Assembly (NCBI RefSeq): GCF_027921745.1
Contig: NC_079238.1
Location: 4,960,001 to 5,024,000, forward strand
From: Schizosaccharomyces osmophilus
Lineage: Eukaryota
DNA: 64,000 bases
Direction of reading: 5' to 3'
Positions 24,152-38,067 of the stretch are shown piece by piece. Every line of letters starts with the position of its first letter. Positions within the stretch are counted from its first letter, which is position 1. The notes under the pieces were generated by a model. It had not been told where the DNA came from. It saw only the letters and a program-made list of their open reading frames with translations, and ran no database searches. The position numbers and the translations under genes were made by a program.

Positions 24152-25593
24152 TCACTGATAAGTAACTTCGACATTAGTTAAAGAGTCATAAACTTCTTGA
24201 AGAACATTTCGACGATTTTCAATGGCACTAGCCTGCAAGGGATCACGAAGTGGTTTTGGACACCATATTAAAATATTACCGCTCATATCGCCAGTGAAGC
24301 ATTGCTCTTTTTCTGAACGATAAGCTACGCAATTAATACGCTTCAAAACGTGCATTGACAGACGCTGGACAAAGGAACCGTCTAAAAGATTTATCAACGC
24401 CAAAGATCCATCGTCATTTGGGAATAAAACGTACGTATCGTCGTTTTTCGAGGGAGTCATGATATATGGGTGAACAGCAAAAGATGTTGTTTGATTGTGT
24501 ATAATCGGTCCGAAGTCACGTAAGGTGTTTAGTCCTGTTTTCATATCCCAAACTCTTAAGCGATCATCAGTTCCAGAGCTAACAAGAAAAGTACCGTCAT
24601 GAGTCCAAGCTAATCCATTTACGGTACCATAATGAGATCTTCCAGTCTGTTCTATTGGCTTCGTTTTGTTATGCACGTCTAAGCAAGCAAAGCTGGCAGA
24701 GGCTTTTCGAATATCCCAAAGCCGAACAGTACCATCAGCGGACCCAGAAGCTAATACATAATCATTTTTCGGGCACCAAGCGACAGATAGTACATTCCCT
24801 GTATGACCAATTAAACTGTGCGTATAACTACCGCTCTGCATATCGCATAAACGAATAGAGGGCGATCGATATGCCGCTATAAAGCGTCAGAACAACAACA
24901 AAAAAAAAAAGCGTACCAGCAATCAAACAGTGCGATGCAACGGGTGACCAGGCATGCGAATACACTATTTCACCTATACTAAAAGAATACGCCTCCTGTT
25001 TACTGTTAGTGAATTTGGTATAACTTACTAATAAAGTATAATACCTGTAAGGTTGCAGCATCCCAAACCCTTAAAGTATGGTCGAAAGAGGAGCTAGTGA
25101 ATATACCATTATCGAAAGGAAACCAATGCAGATCAGTAATTCCAAACCTATGACTTGAACGTCTACATTATTAATAAGGGTCTTTTATACGAAGAAAGAC
25201 ATACGCTGGTATGGCATTATGAGTATCCATAAGTATGTTTGTTTCATTTGAATCAAGAGATTCAAGATTCCAAACATTGATTGAAGAATTGGCGCCTCCA
25301 GAAATCATACTTTATGCAATTCGTGAGTAAATTAACCTCCTTTATTCAGTATCAACTTACAATTGCTGTGTTGTATTATCTATAGACAGCGCATTCACAG
25401 AGCCAAGGAGGCCGGTACCATGTCTTCGCTTGATTGTTTTATTTTGCGACAAAGCCATAGTTTGAAGACGATGCTGAAGTAGCTGGCGTCGGAAGGATGC
25501 ATTTGATTCTATCTGTCAATATTTTACCAGGTGTTAATAAGTTTTTAAATTTATACCCTGCCCCCATTCTCTGGCTAAAAGAAACGTATTCAT
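24152..25593 (-). CDS. ckn1: CSA/ERCC8-like WD40 repeat DNA repair protein, multi-exon
   Basis: WD40 repeats ([28 protein letters not shown]), [18 protein letters not shown] motif. Start [11 protein letters not shown] inferred at 25593. Confidence 0.85.
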
Positions 25594-25910
25594 TCAGAAC
25601 GTTCAAACTTCTGCAAAAGTACTATAGACCGTAATAAATCATTCAAACTCCATGAAAAGTATAGCTTCATAGAATTTACTGGTAGAGAGTATTTGTATTT
25701 GCAGCGAGCGCTTCCCTCTAGGTATTTGAGAGTCTACAAGATTTTGGCAGTATGTAACTTTACGAATTCTGAATAGTTAGGTATTTTATTTTTTGTTGTG
25801 TATATTATTTCTTCAATAAAAAACTTTTAACAAATGATTTGAAAAAGAAACTCAAAAGGCCAGTTGTAGGTACAGTCAAGACACCCCAACACTAGATAAT
25901 TTCAACCAAC

Positions 25911-26794
25911 ATGTCCGTTATCGAAATTAGATCATACCAACATTGGATCTCAACAATTCCAAAGTCGGGATTTCTCGCTGTTGACTGCTATGCAGACTGG
26001 TGTGGTCCTTGTAAGGCAATTTCACCAGTTTTTTCACAATTGGCAAGCAAGTACTCAGGTCCTCAGTTTGTATTTGCAAAAGTTAATGTAGATGAACAAA
26101 CACAAATTTCCTCTAGCCTTGGAGTTCGTGCTATGTATGTTTATCGCCCTGTTTTGTTGGATTTTACTAACATTATAGGCCAACCTTCATCTTCTTTGAA
26201 AATGGCAAACAAATAGATATGCTTTCGGGAGCGAACGTGCAGGCGTTAAAAGAAAAAGTAGCTAATATTGGAGGAAAATTGAATGGAGGTAGCGCTAGCG
26301 CCTCTTCATCTGTGAACGGTTATGCTAATCTCAGGAGTTCTATCGAGAGCCCTCAATTAGAGTGTTTAAATCAAAGTGATGAGTATCACCTTCGCAACGC
26401 TCTTGATTTAGATTCTTCTAGTTACTTACAGTCCGACGCTGATGAGCAGCTTATGATTTACATCCCTTTCTTGGAAGCTGTAAAGATTCATTCGTTGTCT
26501 ATTACTCCTGTCAAAGAAAACTTAAGCAAAGCTCCCAAAACTCTCAAACTCTTTATTAATCAACCCACAGTGCTTTCATTTGAAGATGCCGAGTCTTCCC
26601 CAGCTACTCAGGTCATAGAAGAAATCGAGTACAAATCTGATGACGAGCCTTTGAATATCCCTCTAAGATTCGTTAAATTCCAACGTGTGAACTCTTTAGT
26701 AATATTTGTCTCCTCTAATGTTGAGGACGAAGAAACCACCCAGATTGGCCGTTTGGAATTCTTTGGCGAAGCAGTAGGCGATTCTAGCAAGTAA
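25911..26794 (+). CDS. txl1: Thioredoxin-like protein with PITH domain; intron 26135-26178
   Basis: WCGPC active site followed by PITH domain (SDADEQLMIYIPF, LRFVKFQRVNSL). A further tiny 3' exon is possible because GTAAGC overlaps the stop. Confidence 0.93.
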
Positions 26795-27125
26795 GCTATG
26801 GAAAACTGATAATTAAATGCTGCAACACAAGAAGAATTTGTTTTTGCCTTAGATTGTAACCAAACTTGATTTTAATGCGATACACATATACTCATATATA
26901 ACTGAAAAGATGATACTAGACACTAAAAGTCTTATTAACCGTAGTAATATACATTAGAAGAAAATGCGGACTGTAAAAAATAAATAAAATCTACAAAATT
27001 TTATTAAAAGCATTAGCATGTACTGCTTTTCAAGATCGACGTTTTATTTTTTTTATATTTTGTTATTCTCCTGATAACCCAAATTATTTTGATGCACTCT
27101 GAACGCTCGATTCCAACTTACAAAA

Positions 27126-28741
27126 CTAATGTACTCGCTCCCATAATTGTATAAGACTTTCTCCCAAGTTAATCATATCGCTGCTTATTTCTTCGACATA
27201 CAAATCCTGAATTTGATACCATTTGTTCGATGCTGAATTTCGTAACTGTACTCGAAAGACGTGCGATTCCCCGTCAGCAGACAAAACTGATTCATAAACG
27301 ACATTTGCAATTAGATTGTACCTTGGTATGATTTTTGGGTGTGCTTTCAGAAACGCATCATCGATAAATGGACTCATATCCAGGTTATCAAGAGGAAACG
27401 TGACGATGGTAGGATTTCGTTCAGTAAAGTAGTTATTTTTCATAAAACGCTTCATATGAAATAGAAGATATGGCGGCGTATTCATCAAATGAAAACGCCG
27501 GCGCATACCACTTAATTCTTGAGTTGTGACGCCATTATACTTTTCCAGTAGTTTTACAAGTTCAACTTGAGGAATAATGTTTCCTTCAAATTCATCTTGA
27601 AATAAAGGCCTTGGAGGAAGATTCAGTGTAAGGTACAGATATGGAACAATGTCCGTTTTAATAACTCGGTCTCCTTCAAATACTACGTGGTCCCCATTTT
27701 CTGTATGCTGACGGATTTTTTGAGACTCGGCACGCACATGACCTTGAAAATTGTAATGAATAATAGAAGTTGGCTTTTCCATCGTTGACTTCTTCCCGCC
27801 TAAAGAAACGTGCAATGTATTCAAGAGCCATGATACAAATTCTAAAGGATCTTTTTGTTCATTCATTGAATATTTTTTATGGGATAAAAGGGTTACCTCA
27901 TGAATCAGTTCTTGTGGAGAAACATGCCCTTTAAATGCTTTGGGGTTCCATATTTTACGGACAGTAATTGCTAATCGCTGAATAATATGAGGACAGCCAT
28001 CAAAATTATTAAGTAGCAAATAATTCCGCAAAGGCTTTACATGAGAAAGTAATTGAAGGATGACGTTGAAATAGTCATTGCTTTGTATGTTATTGAGTCC
28101 GACGAAGCCTATGAATTCGGGTTAGTAAAATATACAATACACCATTTGATGAACCAACTTACCTGGTACATAAGGTTTATGCATCAAATCGTAACTGACC
28201 TGAGGAATACGGTCCAGTTTAGCAACTTCTTCACGGGTATATGTGGGCTTAATAACATAAGCAATATCTTGCAAAGCACTAGACACTACTTGATATGACT
28301 CTGGTAGAATATAAAACTTTAAAGTCGAGCAATTCACGAACACATGATGATTATCATTTAAAGCATGAAAGTATGCATGAGAAGAGGGACCTCGTCCCTG
28401 AAAATATCTTCCGCAAACTAAGCAAGCATAAACACTGAGATTCGTAAGGCTGACTGAACATACTTTTTCGAAATCAAAGTCTAATAATTTACGATTGATC
28501 TAAGTAACCCGGTTAGTCTTCACTGATCACTTACTACTTGACTTCTTACGGTATCTAGATAAAGGTCACTTGATATTGGTTTGTGTTTCTTGACAGAAGC
28601 ATTTATGGTAGTTTGATCATCGTTAGAAGTAGACCCTGAAACATTGTCAACTTTCTCTCTCTTCCTCATGGAATCCGCTTCTTCTTCATTGAAAGAGCGT
28701 TTTAAAGAATGCTTATCCTCATTTACTTCCGACATTGCCAT
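27126..28741 (-). CDS. ubp10: Sad1/USP39-like U4/U6.U5 tri-snRNP pseudo-deubiquitinase, spliced
   Basis: LYLDT..DFDFEKVCSVSLTNLSVYACLVCGRYFQGRG ZnF-UBP; GLNNIQSNDYFNV with Asp at the catalytic Cys position; KIWNPKAFKGHVSPQE. Confidence 0.9.
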
Positions 28742-29082
28742 AGAAGCAATCTCGACTTAACCCTACAGAAGAATCGCAGTGATGGGTACTTCGGCTCACT
28801 CAGCGTGACTCTCAAGCCTGAACCAAATTCGTAATTTTACAAACAACGTTCTTTTAGAGGTTTGTATTTACCCTTTTTCTTTCCTTTTTAACTTTAATTT
28901 GATAGTTTAGCAGAAGAATCTAAATTTATAGATCCTGTGAAAACAAGGGCTCCTTCTCATCTTTGTGAGCGATTGCCTATTTAATCGCTGGCTTTTCGAA
29001 CATAATCTCTTTTAAGTTGTAAAGATAATATAGGGAGAATTAAAATTAGCTAGAAAGCCGTTCTTTCTGCTGTTCCGTAGCA

Positions 29083-32000
29083 ATGGAATGGTAAGTTAAG
29101 GTACCTGTCCTTGTCTCTAACTCAGAAATAGCATAGATAGAAACATTCGGAGGGAATCTCTTCGTAGACTAGGCTCTCTTCCAACACACGGATGGTCTTT
29201 CTTCGAGCAAATTTGTCATCGAAACTCTGAGCTCATAGAAAGAAACGATTGTTTTTTCAATCTTGAAAGGATCGAAGATACAGCATTATCAATATGCGCG
29301 GTTAGCGCCGAATCTAGAAACTTAGTGGAGGCCAGAATCCTTTTTAATCAATTGCAGTTTTACTTAAAGAAGTACTTATTTATCGAAGGAAACGAAAGCT
29401 TCGAAAGTACGCTACCTTCGTTGGACGATTCCTCTTTTTGCCAAATTTTCCCCTCGTCCGCAAAATGCGTTCCTGCAATTATAAGCGGGATGCTTTGTCT
29501 AGCCAAGCAGCATGAAGAAGTAGCTGTTGATGTTATTTCTTTTTCAGAATCTATTATAAAGACCTTTAAGTCCATAATAAATGAGGAAACTGCAGATTCT
29601 ACGTCCTACATTTTACGCAGGATTTTCTATGCTTCTCATCTTGCTTTCATTTTAAATGAATTTGCTAAAAATTGCGAGGAGATGAAGGTTGAAAGCATAT
29701 GCCTATGGATTATTAATGTCTGCACGAATATACTTTCATCTGATGTTCTTCCACAACAAAAATTATCTGCCAATTCTCTTTTTATACAACCATCTCCATA
29801 CTATCAGGGTTTTGGTCTAAAGTACTTTCTATATCTTTCTTCGTTGTCCGCTTTGGTAAATGCAGCAACTTGTTTGTGGTTGGGAAATTGTGCGTTATTC
29901 TGGGATATTGGCTGTTCTCGTCCTTCTTCTCCCGAAGAGAAAGTTTATTCCAATCAATTTCAAGCTCTTTTACAGTTGTCTGAAAAAGTACTCTCGAAAA
30001 GCTATACCTCTAAATTACAAGGACAAGTATGTGTGCCTTGTGGACTGTATTTTGTTCTTGCCTTGAAACTAGCAATTTTAAGTTCCGCATATGTTGGCTT
30101 TATTCCTAACGTCTATTGTGAGTGGATTGATCTTTCTCTCCAGAATATATCTGATGAACCCGAGACGCTTCCTCATTTAGTGGATGTAATGGCTTCTTTG
30201 GCATGCGTCTTTCCAGCACAATTGCAATTCGCTTTAATACGCTTACGGTTCATTGCAATATATGCTCCTCGTGATAATGAGAATCCAGTTATTTACGCTA
30301 AATTGGCATCTCGAAAATTAGCACATTTGTTCAACTACTCATCAAAAGATGCTGCCATTACTTCAATTTATCAACTAGCAAATTTGTTGTCTCCCCTTGA
30401 TACAGCAGATAGTTTTTTCTCGCTCTCTAGGGAACACATGAATATGGAGGGTTTTGCACATCCTTCGCGCGAGCTTCCAATAAGTACTTTACCTATTTAT
30501 CTGAATATTATAGACTCTGGGCGTGAAATTGCTCTTTTAGTGAATGACGAAAAAATTCATGGACTGGCTATTTCCTTGCTAATTCAGAAATTTTCGCGAA
30601 ACTTTGATTCACGGGTTAGTGCTCAAATAATATGTGCTTTAGCTGATATCTCAATTAAAGCAAATGAACGCAATTTCTTTATTTTGATTCAGTTTTATTC
30701 TATACAGCATAAGATGTTGACAAAACAAGTGGATGAAGAGTTAGCTTTAGCAATTCTTCAATCACGCCGTTTAATTGCCAGTGGGACAGAACCGCACTCT
30801 TCCAAGCGATTGGACTTGCTTAAAAGCCTGTTGGAAGAAATTATACAAGTGGGTATTGTTCGTGATACCCCTTCGGATCAGTTAAGTGGATACTTTACTG
30901 TCCTTGTCTATGCAATTAAGGCCCTTAGTTGTTGTATCGACCAAATATGTTGGGAGAATTTACCGAAAGATGAAAACTATCCCGCGCTTTTTAGGGATAT
31001 GTGGTTCACGGTTGTTTTGAATAGATTTCGTTTTTCGGTTGACATAAGTGAGACGTTAAGACCAGAGCTAGAACAAATCGCCCGTAACTCGCCTCTTCTT
31101 GTTTTTGAAGATTTCGGAAACAACTTTGAAAGCAATTTGGAATTAAATACTGTTTTGAGGAGTCATATTGAGCATTCTGTAAGTATTTCAGTGTCAATTA
31201 TCGTTAACATATAGGTTTTATCTCGAATTAAGTCAGAATTGACAACAATTGCGGACGTGGATTTGAGGTCCTTAAATGCATCTGAAATTTGTTTTCTGTC
31301 TGCTGTTCTCTTACTCGAAGGACTACGCTGCAAAACTGGTCGGATTTCCGCTCTTGTCGAATATCTGAGTGATATTACGTTAAGTTCAAGCCATCTGCCT
31401 CCGTTCATTAGAGCCATTGCCCTACATGTAAGTTAAAATTGTCACTTTACGAACTAACCAATAGAATTTACCAATATTTGTGGATTCTCTCTTTCGTGTA
31501 AAGCGACTTCATCAAAATAGTATTAAAGAGATACAAGGACTTCTTTGCTTGTGTTGTCACAGAATCGATTCGGTGCGACGATTGGCTTTGGAATGTACCA
31601 CGTTTGTCATGCATAGCCTGCCTCACCTTCTCGGTACTGCCAATATTTTGTATAGTATCCTAGAATTGCTTACTCTTCTCTGGAAAGCCCGAAATGAAGA
31701 GTGTTATAATCAGTATATTCCTAAGCTTCAGTACTGTTCTCCAAAGTTAAATCTTACAATTGTATTGTCAGATATTTACGATGCTCGTGAGAAGGTGCTT
31801 TCTGAATTTAAAAGCAATGCTACTGATTGGATACACGTAAGCTCCAAATCTATTCCTAGACAAATCAAGAATTTATTACAATCTTATCTCGCCGAATTTG
31901 AAGACATTGATGATCTTGAGCTTGTTGAACTTGGAAGGTCACTTGCTGTCGAAATTGGGATCAAAATCCCAAGCTTTGATTGTGAAAACCGCGTCCTTTC

Positions 32001-35000
32001 TTCATTTGGGAATTGGATTCCAGATTTTAGTTCCGAGTTTATGGCGGATTATACTACACGTCAACGATATGCGCATGGTATGTTTTCTTCAAGGTTTATT
32101 CCTCCTATTGAGTAATCTTACTAAACAATTTAGATAACGTGGTCCTAAACACAGAAGGTGACATGAGTAGTGACAAGGTTAATCTTGTGCTTTCTCAAAA
32201 ACACCAACTCTTCGAGCAGAATCTATCGCTTTTAAATGATTTGGAAAATGATTATAATCAACGAAATTCAGTGTCTTCTCTGAAGCTTCGTAACAATATT
32301 CGCAAGGCTGCCTCTCATGCGGTGCAAGAATCGACATATGTATGGTAAACTTAAAACACGGTTTTATTAACTTTCTAGTTATTTTCAGTACTTACAAGAA
32401 AAATCATTCGGATCCCTTTTATTGAGTTCAGTCAAAAATCTATAAAGCTTGGTGTTAATTTATGGAATTGGATGATGAACGAGGTTCCTATTTTTAGCTC
32501 TTATATTGTGCTTAACATTATTCGTAATTGGAAAAACGAAATAATGAGGGAAAAAAGAGGTTTTTTCTCAACCATAAGAGCGAAATCTCCATTAGCCTTG
32601 CCAATGACATACTCTCCGACTGAGAGATCATCCATGATATCCTATAAGGATAAATTGAGCTCACAGATGATTCCCCATCTACTTTTATTAGAGCTTATGT
32701 CTGGTATATTTGAAGGTCTTTGGTTTAGTGATCGTCAGAATGCCATAATCATCGTCCAGTTCATGGATTTTGTGCTTAAAAAAATCGGCTCTTTGGAGTC
32801 TAGTCGTAACGCATTGGCACGAGAGCTTCACTTTAAATTTGTTTCTTTCGGATTCAAAATTGCTGATAATTTGCTAAATACGTTATTAGGTTCTAGATTT
32901 TATAATCTGTGCTTGGACGCTGCCTTATGCTGGTTTACAGAAACACCCGCATGGACTTATGGAGCAGACAAACTTAATGTCGCAACAGAAATTTCGATTA
33001 TGCGGAATTTGTGTGCAAAGATGGAAAACACATTAAATCAATACCCTCTAAAAGGTAATAAACATTATTTATAGTACAATAATTAACATGTATCTAGGTT
33101 CTACAATCAAAAAGCAGAAATTGCTAATAATTTTGTTGAAAAATGAAATGTACAGACTGTACACCTGGATTACACCTGTTGTATATGGAAGGAATTTGGT
33201 AATGACCGATCCGATACCGGAAACCTTCAGCTCGAGTTCAACAATTACTTCAGAAATGTTACGTCTGGCTTGGAAAGTTTCTCCTGCTATCGTTTTGCAC
33301 ATTCCCAAACGCTTTATCGAGCCTTCATTGATGGATATGGTGACTAGCTTTATTTTAGCTGATCCAACTTCGTGTCTTCATTACGAAGTTGCTATGGGCT
33401 ATCTGTTTGAGAAATATCCACAGGGTGATTTTCCTCTAGATAGGAAGTATCTCTTCTATTGGGATCCTATTTATCCTGTTAATGGTCCCGTATTGTTTAA
33501 GCCGAAAATCAAATGGAATCCGCAACTGTTACAGTATGCGGTGCGCTCAATGGAAAGCTACCCAGTTTCCCTTATGTTCTTCTATGTACCTCAAATCGTG
33601 CAATCTCTTCGTTACGATAAAATGGGTTATGCAGAGAGTTTTATACTTGAGGCTTCAGGAGTATCTCAATTATTTGCTCATCAAATTTTATGGAATATGA
33701 AAGCAAATCTATATAAAGATGAAAGTGCTACTGTGCCTGATTCTATAAAACCGATTTTGGATCATGTCATGGACAAAATGGTAGCTTCCCTATCTGGTGA
33801 TGATAAAAGCTTTTATGAACGAGAGTTCTTTTTTTTCAATGAAGTTACTTCCATTTCCGGGAAACTTAAGCCGTTTATTCGAAGATCAAAACCCGAGAAG
33901 AAGGTATGTATATGGCAGATTTTAATTACTTTTCTAACAAAACAGGCTAAAATTGATGAAGAAATGAGGCAAATAAAACTCGATGTAGGTGTTTATTTAC
34001 CTAGTAATCCTGACGGTGTGGTGGTTGGAATAGATAGGAAGTCAGGAAAGCCTTTACAAAGTCATGCTAAGGCACCGTTTATGGCTACCTTCAAGATTCA
34101 GAAGGAAAAGGTCATTAATTCTGATCCGGAAGAAGAAGCCATAAACGGAGACGAAGGAAACGCCTATCATCAAAAACAAAGCTATGAAGTTTGGCAGTCG
34201 GCTATTTTCAAAGTTGGAGATGATTGTCGACAAGATGTGTTAACATTACAATTAATTGCTATATTTAAAAACATTTTCAACTCTGTGGGTTTGGATGTGT
34301 ACCTATTCCCTTACAGGGTAACTGCTACCAATCCTGGTGTATGTAAAATATCAGCGAATTTTTATTAACCTATTACTAGTGTGGTGTTATTGATGTATTA
34401 CCAAACTGCATATCTCGAGATATGCTTGGACGTGAAGCTGTCAATGGCTTGTATGATTACTTTATTACTAAATTTGGTGGTGAAGACTCTATAGCATTTC
34501 AGAAAGCTCGAAGCAATTTCATTCAGAGTATGGCGGCTTATTCTGTTATTACATATCTATTGCAATTCAAAGATAGGCATAATGGAAATATTATGATCGA
34601 TGATCAGGGGCATATATTACATATAGGTATGGAGTCAGATGTTGAATTATGGTACTAACATGATAGATTTTGGATTTATTTTTGACATTGCTCCTGGTGG
34701 AATTACATTTGAAAGTGCTCCGTTTAAGTTAACTCAAGAAATGATTGCTGTAATGGGAGGCAATAATAGGTCACAACCATTTCAGTGGTTTCAAGAGTTA
34801 TGTGTAAAGGCCTTCTTGGCATCCCGCCCTTATGCTAAGTCAATTTGCCAAGCCGTCGAAATTATGTTGGATTCGAGTCTTCCTTGCTTTAAGGGACAGT
34901 TGAGTATTACGCATACTTTGGAGCGTTTTGCTTTGGATATGAATGAAAGACAGGCCGCAAATCACATGCTAAATTTGATCGATTACAGCTACAATAATAA

Positions 35001-35111
35001 ACGGACGCTAATGTATGATCAATTTCAAAAGGCGACCAACGGTAAGTTAACTAAGATTTATTTCCCAGCATCAGCAGTTTACTAATTACTACTTTAGGAA
35101 TTCCTTATTAA
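29083..35111 (+). CDS. stt4: Type III-alpha phosphatidylinositol 4-kinase, many introns
   Basis: [59 protein letters not shown]. 8-nt first exon (ATG GAA TG) at 29083 and last exon ...GIPY* ending 35111. Confidence 0.94.
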
Positions 35112-35452
35112 AGTCCAGTTTTATTATGTTCTATAACAAAAAAAGTTTACTTATGACTCCTTGATGAATTGGCAAAAATAAAAACTGCCGGGTAAGTAAA
35201 TATACACACAAGTCGATTTTTAGCTTAAATTATTATTTAACACTGCATTGGTAAAATTGAAATAACCATTTTCACTTATACATTTGCTACGGGTGCTACA
35301 AAAGTAATATGTTTCAAGCACTGCGAAATCGATTCAGATCGAGTTAAGATGGAGCACAGGAAATTATTACGAGTAAAAAAAAGTTATCAAATTTATCGCA
35401 TGAAGGCTGGCAGATGTATACGTCCCTTCTTTTTTGTTATAAAAGAAACGAA

Positions 35453-35465
35453 ACGCGCTACGCGT
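35453..35465. promoter_or_regulatory. Tandem MCB-like elements (ACGCGC, ACGCGT) upstream of rec27
   Basis: ACGCGCTACGCGT about 30 bp upstream of the ATG at 35494. Confidence 0.55.
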
Positions 35466-35493
35466 AACTTAGAATTAACTAACACTTGACAAC

Positions 35494-35960
35494 ATGAAAC
35501 AAAGAACTGAAACAACTACTTCCAATGAATCCAAGTATGTAAATATGTTAAAAATATAGAAATTGATCTAATTTAAAAAAGTTCTGACATGATTGAACGC
35601 GTTTTGGAAGAACTGAGCATCAAACACATGGAACGCTGCATTAGGAAACGCGACCAAATTGAGCAAGAATTTACAAAGCAGATAGAACATGAAAAAGCAC
35701 AACTAACGAAAGAATTAAAACTTCTACAAAGTAAAAAGTATGAGGAATCCAGACAAGAGCTGGCATTATTATTATGCGGGTAATAAATATTGACAGATAT
35801 AAACAGCGAGGAGAATGTACAAAGAAAAACGAGCCGCTTGGACGAAATTAAATCTCGTCGTGCGCTTTTGGAAACACAAAGAGAAGCTCTTGGAAAGCAG
35901 ATTCGCCAAGAATTGGGAAACTACCTTGGAAAGCTGCAATCACTCGTTGAATCAAACTAA
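35494..35960 (+). CDS. rec27: Small coiled-coil meiotic linear-element protein, 3 exons (35494-35534, 35582-35737, 35807-35960), 116 aa
   Basis: Manual splicing gives a continuous coiled-coil ORF. Size, MCB sites and position between stt4 and tho5 fit rec27. Name rests mainly on recalled synteny. Confidence 0.75.
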
Positions 35961-36102
35961 TGAAACTGAGATGTGAGTAAAACGACTGTAAGGATTGTGA
36001 GCAGAATGTTGAACAGATAACAATATCATTTGATATACATAATCATCACTGCATGAATCGTTGACAAAAAGTAAAGATCGAACTGTGCTGTAATTATTTC
36101 GC

Positions 36103-36750
36103 TTATAGAGAAGTACTCCGATAATATTCTTGTACGGGAACGACAGATCGGAAAAAGGCTTCTAATTTATCATCAAGCTTCTCCAATTTGATCCGTTTGG
36201 CCTTGTTCTCTGAAATGAGAGTTGCTTTTCGTTTGAGTAGATCTTGTTTAAGACCAGAGAGCCGCTGGCGCTCACTTAGCTCGTCATGAAGTCTTGCGAT
36301 CATAACCTCATGATCGCTTGCATTTTGTAATTCAGAATGGTTTTTTTGAAATTCTTCCTTAGAAATCAGCGGAAGCTGGGTATACAGGTGTCTAAATGAT
36401 GGACGTTAGCGAACAGCATTCAAGAGGCATACATACTCTTTATCATGAAAGTCTTTAATGATTGCGTTTAAATGTAACTTTTGATACTGTAATGCTTGCA
36501 AATTTACTAAAGCCTGCTCGAGAGAAGCACGATGATCACCCGTTGCTCCCTTTGCTCTTTGAAGTTGCTCGTATGATTCACGATTCACAGCTCTTAATAG
36601 CAAAAGTCTAGCAGAAAGTTGCTTTCTTATTTCATGAACCTTTTGCTGGCCGTCTACTGGATCTTCATTCTTGCTATTGTGAATTTGCAAACACAAATTC
36701 TTTGCAGATTCCAACGTTCCTAAACACTCAGCTATTGCATTTTCTGACAT
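36103..36750 (-). CDS. tho5: THO complex subunit THOC5-like; intron 36392-36436
   Basis: LLLRAVNR, LQALQYQKLHL and HEVMIARLHDELSERQRL are Fms-interacting/THOC5 motifs. Confidence 0.8.
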
Positions 36751-37062
36751 TTTACGAAGCAATTAGGCGCTAAAAAGAGCCAAATTGGTGAAACTTCCTA
36801 AGTTTACTTTTTGTTGGTGGGATTGAAAAACCTGTCAATGCCCTCTACTCCGTCACTTTTTCTCCTGTAGGGTTTTTCAATATAGAATCGCCGTTAAAGA
36901 AAAGGAAGAACTATCTTTCTTTTTTTTGTCCTTTCCTTTATAGTTAATCTTGCCTGCTTTTCAAAAAAACGGATCGATCTCTGAAAAGAAAAACTCTAGT
37001 CCAAGTTTGTTGATCGGGAATTGGGAAAGGGAATAGATACGGGAAACAAGATTAAATCAAAT

Positions 37063-37783
37063 ATGAGGTTTAATCAAAGTACGAGCATAGACTGTGGAAA
37101 TTTGATTCTGGTTCCCTATTTAGAGCGCCATGTGTTGAAATACCACGAATGGATGAAAAGTCCAGAATTACGAGAATTGACGTGTTCTGAGTCTTTAACA
37201 GTGAAAGAAGAATTTCAAATGCAAAAGTCTTGGTTGGAAGATGAAGACAGTAAGTACGAATGTTTTTGAAGACGCCGAAAAGGCGTTATTGTGTTTCATT
37301 TTATCGGAATACATACATTCGATTATTTTTATGCTTTATTAACTAAGAAATTAATTAGAACTCACATTTATTGTGGTTTACAAGCATGGAGTAGAAAACA
37401 AGAAACCTCAAGTTCTTCATGAAATTGCATCCCATCACATTGATGAGATGATCGGAGACGTAAATATGTTTCTAACAGAAGGTTATGAAGATGTGGAAGA
37501 AGACCAGAATCAAATTTGCAGCACTTATATCCAGGCTGAATTGGAACTTATGATTGCAAAACCAGAATTTCGGTCTAAAGGTTTGGGGACAACGATTATA
37601 GAAGCCTTTTTGTATTATATAGAACAGAGTGGATTGCTTGAGAGCACGCATATCGCAAAGTACATCATCAGAGTTGGCAGCAAAAACTTGCCAAGCTTGC
37701 GCCTTTTCAAGAAAGAAGGATTTCAACAAACAAAGTACGTGGCTTGTTTTGATCAGGTGGAGATGGAAAAGTCTATACGTTGA
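37063..37783 (+). CDS. NAT9-like GNAT acetyltransferase; intron 37250-37358
   Basis: LVPY..HVLKYHEWM, SWLEDEDKLTFI, MIGDVNMFL, ELELMIA..FRSKGLG, NLPSLRLFKKEGF. Confidence 0.9.
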
Positions 37784-38067
37784 TTGAATTTGAATTGCTG
37801 CTCCTATAGTAAATCTTGGATAAGCTTGGCATCTACTTTACTACCATACTAGAGAAATCAACAAGAATATGATTTGACATTGATACCAAAATTTCTACAA
37901 GACTTTTCAAAAAAAAAAAAATACGCAACGTCTCCAAACATACAATTACAGTACTATAGTCATAGAAAAGCCGTGACTTGACACACACGTGATTATAGCC
38001 AGCATAAAAAACCAATGATCGTGCTGCGACCACTTTTTATTAAGTGTTTTATTCAGCTTAAGCTTGT

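Noticed and set aside
28060..28105. Missing catalytic Cys in ubp10
   Set aside because: Known property of the Sad1/USP39 family, not novel.
29325..35085. Fragmented stt4 ORFs read as frameshifts or separate genes
   Set aside because: The breaks I examined coincide with short GT...AG introns carrying branch-point-like motifs, and the pieces form one PI4-kinase.
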